Assembly: GCA_013154235.1 (NCBI GenBank)
Contig: JAADCV010000100.1
Coordinates: 1-63,166 of the forward strand
Origin: Thermoproteota archaeon
GTDB taxonomy: Archaea > Thermoproteota > Thermoprotei_A > Sulfolobales > Ignisphaeraceae
Reading direction: 5' to 3'
Length of the DNA: 63,166 nt
The notes beneath the pieces are model-generated. The model was not told the DNA's origin. It made no database searches and saw only the letters and a list, made by a program, of their open reading frames with translations. Positions within the stretch are counted from its first letter, which is position 1. Each line of letters starts with the position of its first letter. Below are positions 61,762-63,166 of the stretch, piece by piece. Made by a program: the position numbers and the translations under genes.

Positions 61762-62433
61762 CTTTGTAGGCCTGCCGCAGCGCTGTATCTAGGGTACAGC
61801 TTGCTAGACGCCTTAATCACTGATCTAGATGGCACTCTGGCTAGGCTCCCTATAGACTGGGAGAGGTTCTATAGCTTGATGAGAGAAGAGCTCGGCAAGG
61901 AGATGAAGTTTCTCGAGTTCCTATCGAGGTTCCATGCAACACCCATCTTCTGGCGCCTGCATAAGGCGCTGGAGCTTCTAGAGCTCGAGGCGTGTGAGAA
62001 TATGGAGGTTTACAGCGATGCTAAAGCATTTCTCGAAGAGGCTCAGGGCCTAGCCGAGCGGCTAGTTATAGTAACTATGCAAAGCGCCTCAGCCTGCCTT
62101 AGAGCTTTGGAGAAGCTAGGCCTTGAAGATAGGGTCTGCATGTGTGTATCGAGAGAGGTTGCTCCCACAAGGCTAAAACAGCTCGCTTACGTAATTCATA
62201 GCCTAGGTCTAGATCCTAGAAAAACCCTTTTCGTAGGTGATAAGGTTATAGACGGCTTTGCCGCTTCATACAACGGGCTGAGTACTGTAGTGGTTCTTCG
62301 GAACCCGCGATGTAGAGCAGTGAGCGATACCGATGATATAATTGAGGATCTGCTAAGCGCTGGGGTAGTCGTAGTCGAATCCCTTGAGCAGGCTATCCCC
62401 ATAGTTAAAAGACTTGCACAGCGGACTATCTAA
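61747..62433 (+). CDS. HAD-superfamily hydrolase
   Basis: ALITDLDGTL (DxDG motif I), ..VTMQS.., ..FVGDKVIDG. The true start may be TTG 61801, which puts DLDGT at residues 7-11. Confidence 0.7.
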   Translation: MEAHHLCRPAAALYLGYSLLDALITDLDGTLARLPIDWERFYSLMREELGKEMKFLEFLSRFHATPIFWRLHKALELLELEACENMEVYSDAKAFLEEAQGLAERLVIVTMQSASACLRALEKLGLEDRVCMCVSREVAPTRLKQLAYVIHSLGLDPRKTLFVGDKVIDGFAASYNGLSTVVVLRNPRCRAVSDTDDIIEDLLSAGVVVVESLEQAIPIVKRLAQRTI

Positions 62434-62512
62434 GCATCTTCGCAGATATCCTTCATCTATATATCGCCCCACTCTAAGTAGTGTCCTAGGATTCGTACTA
62501 GAGGTAGTAACC

Positions 62513-62983
62513 ATGGAGGCATGCATTACTAAGGGAGTTAGTCCGCTAGTCTCCGCAATAATACTGACTCTCATAGTTCTAGGTGTAGGCGCCTACATAG
62601 TTGCCTACGCAATAACGAGCTTCAACTCTATGGTTCAGAGAATAAAGTTTAGCAACCAGAGGGTACTGTATCAAGTGTCTCAAGACCTAGCGATTCTAGC
62701 TGCCTACATAAACTCCTCGGCGTTACCAACAAAGCTCTACGTACTTGCTGCAACCGGGGGCTCGCCAGCGAAGCTCTTAGCTATATACGTCGACAACCAG
62801 CCGTACAACTCGCAGTGCTTAGTATCCGTCGATGGCTCGACCCCTACACTCATACCGAAGGAAGGCATTTACATACCTCCGCAGTCCTTCGTATCGATAA
62901 CGTGTCCAGCACCCGGCAAGACAGCTACCGTAACCCTCGTTTATGAGGGTGGAGAGGTGACTGTGCATGCAAGCGCCATCTAG
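62513..62983 (+). CDS. Archaeal type IV pilin-like protein (class III signal peptide, DUF361-like)
   Basis: MEACITKG/VSPLVSAIILTLIVLGVGAYIV is a prepilin-peptidase-type motif followed by a hydrophobic helix. ATG 62513. Confidence 0.7.
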   Translation: MEACITKGVSPLVSAIILTLIVLGVGAYIVAYAITSFNSMVQRIKFSNQRVLYQVSQDLAILAAYINSSALPTKLYVLAATGGSPAKLLAIYVDNQPYNSQCLVSVDGSTPTLIPKEGIYIPPQSFVSITCPAPGKTATVTLVYEGGEVTVHASAI

Positions 62984-63166
62984 AGCTGGCATAAGCACCG
63001 TAGTAGGAATGGTGCTCTTCGTACTGATAGCAATAGCGCTACTAGCAACAATATACATCGTATTCAACAACATGATGACTACCATCAACAAAGTAATGAA
63101 TCTAGCAACCTATAGGATAACTGAGTCAGAGCTAGCTAACTCGATCACTGGATGGTGGAGCCTCCA
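62967..63166 (+). CDS. Second pilin-like protein with class III signal peptide; 3' end outside window
   Basis: ATG 62967 then MQAPSRAG/ISTVVGMVLFVLIAIALLATIYIV.. Frame open to the window end; not in the ORF track because no stop is reached. Confidence 0.55.
   Translation, partial: MQAPSRAGISTVVGMVLFVLIAIALLATIYIVFNNMMTTINKVMNLATYRITESELANSITGWWSL

Noticed and set aside
1-63166. Search by eye for CRISPR repeats, IS elements, transposases, integrases, tRNA and rRNA genes, and toxin-antitoxin pairs.
   Set aside because: I found no regularly spaced direct repeats, no recombinase-like ORFs, no GC-rich cloverleaf candidates with a T-loop consensus and no rRNA-like stretches. The window looks like core chromosome.

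Overview
The window reads as chromosomal DNA of a (hyper)thermophilic crenarchaeon, probably Desulfurococcales-like. The evidence is a Sulfolobus-type single-OB SSB, Alba, RNAP subunits Rpo4 and Rpo11, TFS, aIF5A, eL21, uL16(L10e), Pus10, Dph2 and Csl4, frequent GGTGA Shine-Dalgarno-like motifs, and many C/D box sRNA-like elements. About 85 protein genes are densely packed. The stretch 48.4-59.3 kb (minus strand) is a conserved archaeal information-processing gene run: Rpo11, Csl4, METTL5-like MTase, Dph2, uL16, SpoU MTase, HemK-like MTase, KsgA, DUF655, Rpo4, eL21, Pus10, SRP54, aIF5A. Elsewhere there are an iron module (DtxR-like repressor and FeoB), an NfeD/stomatin pair, a preQ0/queuosine-precursor transporter, a SIS/Gfo/TIM-barrel/ceramidase-like cluster and GlnA. 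There are also MoaA, three further radical-SAM proteins, a QxxRW-type family-2 glycosyltransferase, an RCK K+ channel and two pilin-like genes at the right edge. I found no rRNA, tRNA, CRISPR array, transposase or integrase. The items most worth a second look are these. (1) A minus-strand run, radical SAM - DUF134 regulator - three tandem ORFs, in which the three ORFs encode extreme Pro/Tyr/Trp/Gln low-complexity proteins (6.27-8.6 kb) next to the iron locus. (2) Two conserved genes whose expected start position carries an in-frame ACG preceded by GGTGA instead of ATG/GTG/TTG. (3) A second TFS paralogue with an altered catalytic acidic loop. (4) Eight C/D box sRNA candidates not represented in the ORF track. 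Several have a box C that overlaps or abuts the stop codon of the upstream gene, and two sit at the 5' ends of ribosome-biogenesis genes. All functional calls come from motif recognition by eye and memory. No database search was run.
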